DNA from: Acaryochloris thomasi RCC1774
GTDB taxonomy: Bacteria > Cyanobacteriota > Cyanobacteriia > Thermosynechococcales > Thermosynechococcaceae
Length of the DNA: 32,000 bases
Assembly: GCF_003231495.1 (NCBI RefSeq)
Contig: NZ_PQWO01000003.1
Location: 240,001 to 272,000 of the forward strand
Direction of reading: 5' to 3'
Under the pieces are notes generated by a model. The model ran no database searches. It was not told the DNA's origin and saw only the letters and a list, made by a program, of their open reading frames with translations. This document shows, one piece after another, positions 1-8,020 of the stretch. The position numbers were made by a program, and so were the translations under genes. Each line of letters starts with the position of its first letter. The stretch's first letter is position 1.

Positions 1-738
1 GGGGGTACGCCGCTTTCCGGGAGTTCTGGTGACCCTGGAGAGGCAGTCAAAACAGCCGTTCGTCGTCTGCGACCCATGCTGGAAACGATGCTGGCGGCCA
101 AGCTAATGGAGATGACGGTAAATGCAGCGGCTTCGAAAGTAGGTGCGATCGCAACTCTAGAGACAATAGAGGCAGATAAACCCAAAACCCTTGTTTCCCA
201 GTACACTCCCCGAGCACCTTGGACTACATCTGGCCTTGCCAATACAGCTCCTCAAGAATCTATTGTGTCTCTGGAAGCAGGCAGCCAGATTCGCTATCAA
301 ATTAGCAACTACAGCGATCGTCCTTTGTACTGGCTGTTATTGAGCGTTAACGGCACTCAGCCGATCGCCTGTTACTCCCAAGCCGATCAGTCCGAGGTGA
401 TTGCCGACCGCATTGCCCCGGGGACCAGCCTAACCGTCCCACCAGAGGGCAACAAGTGGAAACTCCACGGCCCCGCTGGCTTCTGCACAACCTATGTGAT
501 CGTCAGTCGCCAGCCCCTAACTAAAACCCTGACACATCTTCAAGACCAAGTGGGACAGGATGCCGCAGGTGAAGTGGTCACCTTTTCCGAACTCCTGGAG
601 GTAACACGTCAGCTCCTAAAAGACCTCAACGACATGAGTACAGAAGCCGCGAAAGCTGCTGAAATTGCAGCAGATGCGGGGTGGGCCTTAGATCTCGATC
701 AGTGGGCAACCTTTAAGTTTTTCCATCAGGTTGTCTAA
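1..738 (+). CDS. C-terminal part of a larger protein (5' end outside window); tentatively a DUF4384-like beta-rich domain of the kind found at the C-terminus of cyanobacterial caspase-like (orthocaspase) proteins
   Basis: Frame 1 is open from nt 1, with no stop before the ORF-track Met at 76. Stop TAA at 736-738. Composition is protein-like. The segment SLEAGSQIRYQISNYSDRPLYWLLLSVNGTQ...FCTTYVIVSRQPL resembles DUF4384 from memory only, so the domain call is unverified. Confidence 0.55.
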   Translation, partial: GGTPLSGSSGDPGEAVKTAVRRLRPMLETMLAAKLMEMTVNAAASKVGAIATLETIEADKPKTLVSQYTPRAPWTTSGLANTAPQESIVSLEAGSQIRYQISNYSDRPLYWLLLSVNGTQPIACYSQADQSEVIADRIAPGTSLTVPPEGNKWKLHGPAGFCTTYVIVSRQPLTKTLTHLQDQVGQDAAGEVVTFSELLEVTRQLLKDLNDMSTEAAKAAEIAADAGWALDLDQWATFKFFHQVV

Positions 739-1279
739 ATCCAGCCTCGGTACAAATGGCTTTCAAGGGCTGGTCCCAGGGATCTGTGGGTAATGGCAGC
801 CGATCGGCATCATCAAAGACAAGGCCAATCGTCTTTAAGTGAGGCCACTGGCTCAGCAGACGATCGTAATATCCTCCCCCGTATCCCAGGCGGTATCCCT
901 GGGCACTGCAGGCCACGGCTGGAATTAAGATCAGGTCCGCCACTGCAGGTGACAGAATCGGCAGGGTGGCTTTTGGCTCCATGATGCCGTATTTTCCCGG
1001 CTGGAGCTGGTCAAGATCATGGGGCTGCCAATGGTGCCACACCAGCTCGGAACCCACACATCGCGGTACCCCCCATTGGTGCTGATCATCAAATAGGGAC
1101 TGCAGGGTTGGCTCTTGACGGAAACTAAGATAGGCAAAAACGGTGCGTGCCTGCTGAAAAAACGCGGCTTGGCGAAGATGATCAGAGATGCGATCGCTCT
1201 TTTGCTGCCACTCCGCTTCCGGGAGTGCCTGACGTTGCTGTAGCAATTGCCGTCGCAATACCTGTTTAGAAAGCTGCAC
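713..1279 (-). CDS. 5-formyltetrahydrofolate cyclo-ligase (MTHFS family)
   Basis: 188-aa ORF with the family-typical N-terminus (LRRQLLQQRQAL), the GYGGGYYDR motif and a C-terminal ...ICTE.G tail. The start is GTG at 1277-1279, 2 nt after the stop of the upstream DUF3120 gene, which suggests an operon. Confidence 0.85.
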   Translation of the reverse strand: MQLSKQVLRRQLLQQRQALPEAEWQQKSDRISDHLRQAAFFQQARTVFAYLSFRQEPTLQSLFDDQHQWGVPRCVGSELVWHHWQPHDLDQLQPGKYGIMEPKATLPILSPAVADLILIPAVACSAQGYRLGYGGGYYDRLLSQWPHLKTIGLVFDDADRLPLPTDPWDQPLKAICTEAGFRQPDGKT

Positions 1280-1281
1280 GT

Positions 1282-2037
1282 CTAAAACCGGGTTGCGACC
1301 AATAGAAAAAGACTATCCACCATCAATGTGCCCAACACCGCCCCAGAAAAAACCCAGCGATAGAGACGGCGATCATGATCCATACTCCCGGAAAGAAGAG
1401 GGACAATACCAATCACACACAGGGCCAAAATCAGGGCCATCGCCCAGCCCGAGCCCCAAGGTGTCTGAACCTTGACGAGGGCCGATTGAAGAACGGTAAA
1501 AGCCTGAGTCTGATCAACGCGGAGTAAGCTACGCCAAAAGGGAATCAAATCAACAAGATAGAAATATAAATCGGTAATCGCGGTCCCCAAGAGAGACCCA
1601 AGGTAGAAGCCCATACCCACTCGACACCAAGAGGCTCGCCAAGCCCAAATAGCAAACGGTAGAGCAATCGCTTCTAAAGGAATGTGCAAGAGCGGTTCCC
1701 ATCGGAACCAACCCCAATAAATTGACCCCGCAAACCAAGCCAGGGTAAACCCAATCAGCAGGTCGCCCCATAACTGGAGACGCGGCCGAGTTCGCAGATA
1801 ACTGCCCGTCCCTAACCAGCCAAGTGAAGCAAGTAGGCTCAAGGTGGGCCACTGGCGCACCAAAGGAGCTTGAACGAAGACAGGCAGGGTCACTAACAAA
1901 ACAGACGCACCAAAAAGCCACCAATGGAGGCGGCTTTCTAAAATATCTATTTTTGGACTGTCTAATACTGGCTGTACAAGCGGTTCGGTCGGTTTAACAC
2001 CTTGCATAAATAGCGATTCAAATAGCGGAGCAATCAC
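1282..2037 (-). CDS. Polytopic membrane protein, DUF3120-like (cyanobacterial conserved hypothetical)
   Basis: 251-aa ORF with several hydrophobic helices (LLVTLPVFVQAPLVRQWP, LIGFTLAWFAGSIYWGWF, ALILALCVIGIVPLL). GTG start at 2035-2037; an alternative ATG lies at 2005-2007. The family assignment is from memory. Confidence 0.7.
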   Translation of the reverse strand: MIAPLFESLFMQGVKPTEPLVQPVLDSPKIDILESRLHWWLFGASVLLVTLPVFVQAPLVRQWPTLSLLASLGWLGTGSYLRTRPRLQLWGDLLIGFTLAWFAGSIYWGWFRWEPLLHIPLEAIALPFAIWAWRASWCRVGMGFYLGSLLGTAITDLYFYLVDLIPFWRSLLRVDQTQAFTVLQSALVKVQTPWGSGWAMALILALCVIGIVPLLSGSMDHDRRLYRWVFSGAVLGTLMVDSLFLLVATRF

Positions 2038-2267
2038 AGGGAAAACCGATGATGTGTCGTTATATTAACGTATCCCACCTTACCCTGCTTCCAGAGCATT
2101 GCTGAAGACTCTCTTAAGCTTTTCCAAACAGTTTTAGGCTGCTAGTGAAATCATCAAGGGTGAGAGTGCTGGTTTCTTCACCATTAACGCTTTGGTTAAG
2201 TCCGATTTGCGTTATTGAGGAGCGCAAAAGTTAAGATGCAAGTGCTAAGGATATTGATGATCACCGA

Positions 2268-3599
2268 ATGAGCGACAGCACAGTGCAGCCCGCATTGATT
2301 ACCCATGTTTTGCCCGACTCCATTGCCGCTGAGTTAGGGTTTGAGGCAGGAGATCGCATCCTCTCAATCAATGACCAACGGCCTCGCGATCTGATCGACT
2401 ATCGCTTCTTGTGCGCTGACGAATTTCTGACCCTAGACGTATTAGATGCTCAAGGGAAGCCCCACCAAGTCGAACTTGAAAAAGACTTTGATGCAGATCT
2501 GGGCCTAGAGTTTGAAACCGCCCTCTTTGACGGACTGATTCAGTGCAACAACCGCTGTCCTTTTTGCTTTATCGATCAGCAGCCTCCGGGTCGTCGTCAG
2601 AGTCTGTATCTCAAAGATGATGACTACCGCCTCAGCTTTCTCTACGGCAGCTATCTGACGCTCACTAATCTGTCTGCCCGCGAGTGGAATCGCATTGAAG
2701 CGATGCGCCTCTCACCGCTCTATGTCTCGGTTCACGCAACGGAACCAGAAATACGCCAGCGGCTGCTTAAGAATGAGCGGGCGGGGCAAATCGTAGACCA
2801 GCTACACTGGTTTCAGGAACGACGGCTACAGGTTCATGCTCAGGTTGTTCTTTGTCCTGGCATTAATGATGGTCTTCATCTTGAGCGTACGTTAAGGGAT
2901 CTGGCACAGTTTCACATAGGAGAAGTGCCGGCGGTGGCTTCGGTGGCGGTGGTTCCGGTGGGTTTAACGCGTTTTCGACCCAACCTAGATGAACTAGAGC
3001 CGGTGGGAGATGCGATCGCAACCCAGGTCATTACCCAAGTCCAGACTTTACAAACCCAGTTTCAGCAGGAGCTTGGCTCCACCTTTGCTTGGCTAGCAGA
3101 CGAATGGTTCTTAATCGCAGGTCAACCTCTTCCCCCCGCCTCTCACTACGAGAACTATCCCCAGATTGACAACGGCGTCGGCTCCATTCGGCTCTTCCTG
3201 CAGCAATTCCAGCAAGCCGCATTGGCCCTTCCCCCCCAGGTCAATCCTGCCCGCTGCTACACGTGGGTCGTCGGCAACACCGTTGCAAGGGCCTTTCAGC
3301 CCATTATCGAACGCCTCAACCAAGTGCAAGGTTTAGAAATCAAAATGGCCGCCCTTGCTAGCCACTACTGGGGACAAACCATGACCGTCACCGGCCTACT
3401 AACAGGTCAAGATATTCTTAAGGCTCTGCAGGGACAAGACTTAGAAGAGGGTTTGTTGCTCCCCCAGCTCATGCTCAAGTACGGAACCCAGGAATTTCTG
3501 GATGACACAACTGTTGAGCAAATTTCTCAAGCCCTCAACTGCGACATCTATCCCGTCGGTGGGGGTGCTGCTGACCTTATTCAGGCCTGCATACGCTAA
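2268..3599 (+). CDS. PDZ domain / radical SAM / DUF512 protein (cyanobacterial FeS oxidoreductase-type conserved hypothetical, TIGR03279-like)
   Basis: 443-aa ORF with ATG start. N-terminal PDZ-like segment (VLPDSIAAELGFEAGDRILSINDQ). Canonical radical-SAM cluster motif CNNRCPFC (C93-x3-C97-x2-C100, nt 2544-2567). Long C-terminal extension. Confidence 0.85.
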   Translation: MSDSTVQPALITHVLPDSIAAELGFEAGDRILSINDQRPRDLIDYRFLCADEFLTLDVLDAQGKPHQVELEKDFDADLGLEFETALFDGLIQCNNRCPFCFIDQQPPGRRQSLYLKDDDYRLSFLYGSYLTLTNLSAREWNRIEAMRLSPLYVSVHATEPEIRQRLLKNERAGQIVDQLHWFQERRLQVHAQVVLCPGINDGLHLERTLRDLAQFHIGEVPAVASVAVVPVGLTRFRPNLDELEPVGDAIATQVITQVQTLQTQFQQELGSTFAWLADEWFLIAGQPLPPASHYENYPQIDNGVGSIRLFLQQFQQAALALPPQVNPARCYTWVVGNTVARAFQPIIERLNQVQGLEIKMAALASHYWGQTMTVTGLLTGQDILKALQGQDLEEGLLLPQLMLKYGTQEFLDDTTVEQISQALNCDIYPVGGGAADLIQACIR

Positions 3600-3805
3600 T
3601 TTTGGGAGTACTCCAGACGCCGTGGACAACAACCCTGAAACAGAGACTAAAGCGCTCTAAGACACCTACAGGCCATTAAAAAGTAAGATAGGGTTATCTT
3701 ACGGTTGACAATTAAACAATATTTTTCACCAAGTAGCTCCCCTCACCCCGTTCAGCAAAGCTCCAACCTCATCCGTTTCGTACCTTTCTAAAGACGGTCT
3801 TAACC

Positions 3806-4441
3806 ATGATTTCTGCACCACGCCAGGTTTTACAGGGAGCAGTTGCTGTTGGGTTGGCTCTTTTTTTAGGCTCCCCTCCGGCACTCAGTCAGACCCTACA
3901 GCGGAAAGTCCATTTTGCAAACACAGACATTAGCCGGTTCTGGTCAAGAACATTTCGAGGCATCGGTCGCCCTTGGCGGAAACCCATTGCCTACGAATAT
4001 CGCAGCATTGCCAAAACACCCTGCGGTATAGCGGGCAAATTTAACGCCATCTACTGTCTCCACAACCACAGCATCTACGTCAACGTACCGCTGCTAGAAC
4101 AGGCAAACTATCAGGCAGGAGATTTTGCCGCCATCACAATTTTGGCCCACGAGTATGGGCACGCCGTTCAAAATCAGCTCGGCCTCAGCCGATTACATCG
4201 CTACTTGGTTCAAGAAGAACTGCAGGCTGACTGCTTTGCTGGCGTTTACGCGCAGGATGCCAATCGACGAAGACTGCTCGATCCAACAGATGTACAAGAA
4301 GGCTACACTCAATCCTATATGAGTGGTCAAAATAACTTCCATCCCAACTCTCATGGGACTCGGCGGCAGCGAGCACGAGCCTTTTATCGAGGTGTGACTC
4401 ATGGCTTTCGCGCTTGCCTCGCCTATTCCTTCCTCCGTTAA
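3806..4441 (+). CDS. Secreted neutral zinc metallopeptidase (YpfJ / PF04228-like)
   Basis: 211-aa ORF. N-terminal signal-like peptide (AVAVGLALFLGSPPALS-QT). HExxH motif HEYGH at nt 4148-4162, followed by the family-typical ELQADCFAGVYA. Confidence 0.8.
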   Translation: MISAPRQVLQGAVAVGLALFLGSPPALSQTLQRKVHFANTDISRFWSRTFRGIGRPWRKPIAYEYRSIAKTPCGIAGKFNAIYCLHNHSIYVNVPLLEQANYQAGDFAAITILAHEYGHAVQNQLGLSRLHRYLVQEELQADCFAGVYAQDANRRRLLDPTDVQEGYTQSYMSGQNNFHPNSHGTRRQRARAFYRGVTHGFRACLAYSFLR

Positions 4442-4614
4442 GCCAATATCTCCCAGAAGATTGGCGTCTTCGCCAACAGAACACCCCCTCTTGAGCTTTA
4501 TCGTACAAAGTATAGAGCCAGGGGCACTAAGCGCAGATCTCAGATCCCCTGTATCCTTAAAACACTAAGTCAACCCATCAATGAGTTGCACGTTCAACAC
4601 CAGGCAGTACCTTG

Positions 4615-6582
4615 ATGAAGTTCTTCAACCCAATCAAAGTTGTCATTCTGGGGTGGTGGTCGGAGTCCAATATCCAAACCCGCCTCATGGCCGCCGCAAC
4701 GCTTGTGGTTTCCTGCCTCATGAGCGCACTCATTTTCTGGGCCGTCAACAGTATTCAGATTGACGCCCGCCTGCAAGATACCCGCTACGGTCAAGACTTA
4801 GGCGTTCTGTTAGCGGCAAATGTGACGCCCTTGGTGGCAGACGAGAACTACTCCGAACTCGCCCAGTTTTCGCGCAAATTTTATAGTCGCACCTCTAGCA
4901 TTCGTTACATGCTGTACGCAGATGCGGACGGACGCATTTACTATGGCATTCCCTTCTCAGAAGCACAGGCAGATAACTCGCTGATGCTGCGGCAGCGAAT
5001 TCAGCTCCCGGAGAACTTTGCGCCGAACTCTAACACCGTGATGGTGCGGCAGCACTTGACCCCCAATGGCGAAGTGGCTGATGTTTTCGTACCGCTTTCT
5101 CAGGGTGATATTGACCTAGGGGTATTGGCCATCGGCATCAACCCCAACCCAGCGGTTGTGACCTCCTCGCGTCTGACCCGCGATGTCACAATTGCAGTCT
5201 TTATCGCCATTTGGGTGATGGTGATTTTGGGAGCCGTGTCCAACGCTCTGATTATTACCCAGCCGATTAAAGAACTGGCGGTGGGGGTCAAAAACATTGC
5301 CGCAGGCAACTTTAAACAGCGCGTTGATTTACCCTTCGGTGGGGAACTCGGCGAACTGATTTCAAGCTTCAATGAGATGGCAGAGCGTCTTGCCAAATAC
5401 GATGAGCAGAACATTGAAGAACTAACGGCTCAGAAAGCAAAGCTTGAAACCCTAATGTTCACCATTGCCGACGGCGCAGTCCTGCTGGGCACCGATATGG
5501 AGGTCGTGTTAGCCAACCCCACTTCAAGGCGGCTATTTGGCTGGGATGAGAAAAAAGTGCTGGGTCAAAACATCCTGCACCACTTGCCAGAGCCAGTTCA
5601 AATTGAGCTTACTCGCCCCCTCTACCAGAGCGCACAAGGCGACTGTGAGAGTGGAGAATTTAGAATTGCCCTCTATGAGCCCGCCGCAAAAACGGTTCGG
5701 ATCCTGCTAACCACCGTTCTCGACCAAACTCGAGAAAAGGTCAAAGGCATTGCGATGACGGTGCAGGATATCACCCGAGAGGTGGAACTCAATGAGGCCA
5801 AGAGCCAGTTTATCAGCAATATTTCCCATGAGTTGAGGACCCCACTCTTCAACATCAAGTCCTTTATTGAAACGCTCTATGAGTATGGCGACGATCTCAG
5901 CGACGCTGATAAGCAGGAGTTTTTAGAAACCGCTAATCACGAAACAGATCGCCTCACTCGCCTCGTGAATGATGTCCTTGACTTGTCGCGCCTTGACTCT
6001 GGCAAGCAGTACCGCTTTGAAGGCGTAGATATTACACAGCCCGTTGAGCAGACGCTGCGAACCTGTCAACTCAACGCCCGCGATCAGGGAATTGAAATGA
6101 TCCAAGAAATTGAGGCCGATCTCCCCGCTGTCTGGGGCAACTACGACTTGATGCTGCAGGTGCTCACGAATTTATTAGGCAATGCGCTGAAATTTTCTCC
6201 CAATGGTGGCAAGGTTGCGGTACGCGCCTATCGATTATCTACGTCGGAGTTAGAATCGGCACCCGATCAGGTCCGTATTGAGGTCTCTGACACTGGAATC
6301 GGGATTGCGCCAGAGGATCAACCCGCTATTTTCGACCGATTCTATCGGGCGGAGAATCGGGTACACACTTTAGAGGGCACTGGCTTAGGTCTCTCAATTG
6401 TGAATAACATCATTGATAAGCATCACTCGAAGATGCATCTCGTCAGTGAAGTGGGCGTGGGAACAACGTTCTGGTTTGACCTGATCGTGTATCAAGAAGA
6501 GGCGATTCCTCTGGATGAGGACAGCCTTATCTTAGACTCAGCAGAACTTGAGGCTCAGGTCTTATCAGCCCCTACATCATGA
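4615..6582 (+). CDS. nblS: Sensor histidine kinase of the NblS / Hik33 (DspA) type: two TM helices, HAMP, PAS, HisKA, HATPase
   Basis: 655 aa counted from the ATG at 4615 (the ORF track starts at TTG 4612). N-terminal TM plus periplasmic loop plus second TM. HAMP (ITQPIKELAVGVKNIAAGNFKQRVD...FNEMAERL), PAS-like region, H-box SHELRTPL, G-boxes DTGIGI and GTGLGLSIV. Size and N-terminal sequence match my recollection of Hik33/NblS. Confidence 0.85.
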   Translation: MKFFNPIKVVILGWWSESNIQTRLMAAATLVVSCLMSALIFWAVNSIQIDARLQDTRYGQDLGVLLAANVTPLVADENYSELAQFSRKFYSRTSSIRYMLYADADGRIYYGIPFSEAQADNSLMLRQRIQLPENFAPNSNTVMVRQHLTPNGEVADVFVPLSQGDIDLGVLAIGINPNPAVVTSSRLTRDVTIAVFIAIWVMVILGAVSNALIITQPIKELAVGVKNIAAGNFKQRVDLPFGGELGELISSFNEMAERLAKYDEQNIEELTAQKAKLETLMFTIADGAVLLGTDMEVVLANPTSRRLFGWDEKKVLGQNILHHLPEPVQIELTRPLYQSAQGDCESGEFRIALYEPAAKTVRILLTTVLDQTREKVKGIAMTVQDITREVELNEAKSQFISNISHELRTPLFNIKSFIETLYEYGDDLSDADKQEFLETANHETDRLTRLVNDVLDLSRLDSGKQYRFEGVDITQPVEQTLRTCQLNARDQGIEMIQEIEADLPAVWGNYDLMLQVLTNLLGNALKFSPNGGKVAVRAYRLSTSELESAPDQVRIEVSDTGIGIAPEDQPAIFDRFYRAENRVHTLEGTGLGLSIVNNIIDKHHSKMHLVSEVGVGTTFWFDLIVYQEEAIPLDEDSLILDSAELEAQVLSAPTS

Positions 6583-6625
6583 TGCGATCTCAACCCACCC
6601 TTGCTCTATCCAAGCTGCCCCCTTT

Positions 6626-6973
6626 TTAGCGAGCCAGTAGAATCGCAATTCCGATCAGACAGATAAACCCTAGCAACCACAGCAAAGATCGTGCATCATA
6701 CCGCCTTTTCAAACTAGCCTGAGGCCGCCTAGTAGGTGCACTTCGGGGCGTGCGAGAATCTCTGTACAAAGTGCAGGTCTTGGCATGCGGACGCTGCGGA
6801 AAAGTACAGGTATCATCCAGTTCATAGACACAGGTTGAGCAGAGGAATGTATCCTCTTGAGCTTGGTACAGTGGTATACCCGGATGACCATAGGCCGTCA
6901 GCGCAGTTCCGCATTGAGGACAGGATACAGCAGTCTTCTGGAGTAAATAATTACAGCGCGGGCAGTTAGACAT
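6626..6973 (-). CDS. Zinc-ribbon protein with C-terminal transmembrane anchor (hypothetical)
   Basis: 115 aa from the ATG at 6971-6973 (the ORF-track extension begins at a TTG). CPRC-x13-CPQC zinc-ribbon pair, further Cys residues (CSTC, C-x7-C), a basic linker, and a terminal helix LLWLLGFICLIGIAILL. Confidence 0.6.
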   Translation of the reverse strand: MSNCPRCNYLLQKTAVSCPQCGTALTAYGHPGIPLYQAQEDTFLCSTCVYELDDTCTFPQRPHAKTCTLYRDSRTPRSAPTRRPQASLKRRYDARSLLWLLGFICLIGIAILLAR

Positions 6974-7100
6974 CAATGAACTCCTCTTCGCGCAGAGTGG
7001 ACTTAACAAAATTGGCGGATCTCCTCCTCAGCAGCTCAACATCAATCTGGCAATCTTCAGGAGCTGATAGGCTATGTACAGTCACTGTTAGAGGTCTGAG

Positions 7101-7289
7101 ATGTCTGATAAAACTGGGGACAATGCTTCGCAATGTAGGCGTCAGCGTCGGCTCACAGATCCTGAAGAATTTGAGAACAATCAAAGACTCGCTAAAAACA
7201 TTATCCCGATCGATCCCGGTACTTTGCTTTTAATCATCGGTATTTTGTTACTACTGCCCCTATTGCTAACGGGTTTCTTCTCAACTTGA
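7101..7289 (+). CDS. 62-aa tail-anchored small membrane protein (hypothetical)
   Basis: ATG at 7101 preceded by GAGG at 7091-7094. Charged N-terminal half, then a single C-terminal helix GTLLLIIGILLLLPLLLTGFF. Overlapping ORFs in other frames lack such features. Coding status is unverified. Confidence 0.45.
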   Translation: MSDKTGDNASQCRRQRRLTDPEEFENNQRLAKNIIPIDPGTLLLIIGILLLLPLLLTGFFST

Positions 7290-7329
7290 AGTGCCCTTGG
7301 TTTACCCCGCATCAGCGACTCAATTGTCT

Positions 7330-7767
7330 TCAGCTCTCGGACGGTTCTCTATTCTGCAGAGCCGAGAGAGGCTGGTTAACAAAGAGATAATCCGACACCA
7401 CTTGATTATTCAGCACATGCTCTTGAATGATGCGTTCAATCACGGGCGGCGTAACGGAGTGGTACCAAACGCCATCGGGATAGACCACCATGATCGGGCC
7501 GCGCTGACAAACCCTCAGACAGTTTGCCTTCGTTCGAAAAATGCAGCTTGGACGTTCCAATGTCGGTCGGTCTAACTTCAGTTCTTTCAAGCGCTTTTTG
7601 AGGTAGTTCCAAGCATCAAGACTGGCTTCTTGATCACAGCACTTGGGTTTTGTCGGGTCAGCACACAGGAAGAGATGACGCTCGATGGCCTGGAGGCCCA
7701 AAGCCTGAATGCAAGGTTTTAAGCTCGTGGAGATCGAGAGGTGAGCAGCTTCATCAACAGGGGACAT
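7330..7767 (-). CDS. Thioredoxin-like [2Fe-2S] ferredoxin domain protein
   Basis: 145-aa ORF with Cys pattern [14 protein letters not shown] ... CLRVCQRGP, followed by [10 protein letters not shown], typical of thioredoxin-like 2Fe-2S ferredoxins. Its ATG (7765-7767) overlaps the stop of the upstream micro-ORF (TAATG). Confidence 0.8.
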   Translation of the reverse strand: MSPVDEAAHLSISTSLKPCIQALGLQAIERHLFLCADPTKPKCCDQEASLDAWNYLKKRLKELKLDRPTLERPSCIFRTKANCLRVCQRGPIMVVYPDGVWYHSVTPPVIERIIQEHVLNNQVVSDYLFVNQPLSALQNREPSES

Positions 7768-7904
7768 TAGAGATCGGGAGATGAATGGGCGGAACCATTG
7801 CCATGGTAGTCATCAGAGTCATAGAAACCGTTTTTGGTTCCAAAGAATAAACAGAAGGTAATAAAGAAAGGCGTGAGACCGAGAAGAACGGTTTTGAAGT
7901 CCAT
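7767..7904 (-). CDS. 45-aa single-pass membrane micro-protein (hypothetical)
   Basis: Internal ATG at 7902-7904 gives [45 protein letters not shown], one TM helix plus an acidic/His tail. Stop TAA (7767-7769) overlaps the ferredoxin ATG by 1 nt. I do not recognise the family. Confidence 0.5.
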   Translation of the reverse strand: MDFKTVLLGLTPFFITFCLFFGTKNGFYDSDDYHGNGSAHSSPDL

Positions 7905-8020
7905 AGGGAAAGAGTTGAAACGGCCAGTATTGCTGATGTTACAAAGAAGAGTGAACTTGAGGCGCAAACATAACTTTATTAACAGGTTGCCCCACTCTTC
8001 TGTTGTATCGCAAAATAATT

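Noticed and set aside
1550-1924. 124-aa alternative-frame ORF inside the DUF3120 membrane-protein gene
   Set aside because: It is on the same strand but in a different frame from a longer ORF that shows a coherent TM-helix pattern, and I see no evidence for dual coding.
3705-3710. Perfect TTGACA -35 hexamer upstream of the metallopeptidase gene
   Set aside because: No acceptable TAnnnT -10 element lies 16-18 nt downstream (the sequence there is ACCAAG/CACCAA), so I cannot support a promoter call.
6736-7233. Overlapping ORFs 6736-6969(+), 6966-7184(-) and 6976-7233(+) around the zinc-ribbon and small-TM genes
   Set aside because: They are mutually exclusive with the two models I kept. Those two show structured features (a zinc-ribbon Cys pattern plus TM anchor, and an SD plus tail anchor), while the alternatives are Arg/Ser-rich with no features.
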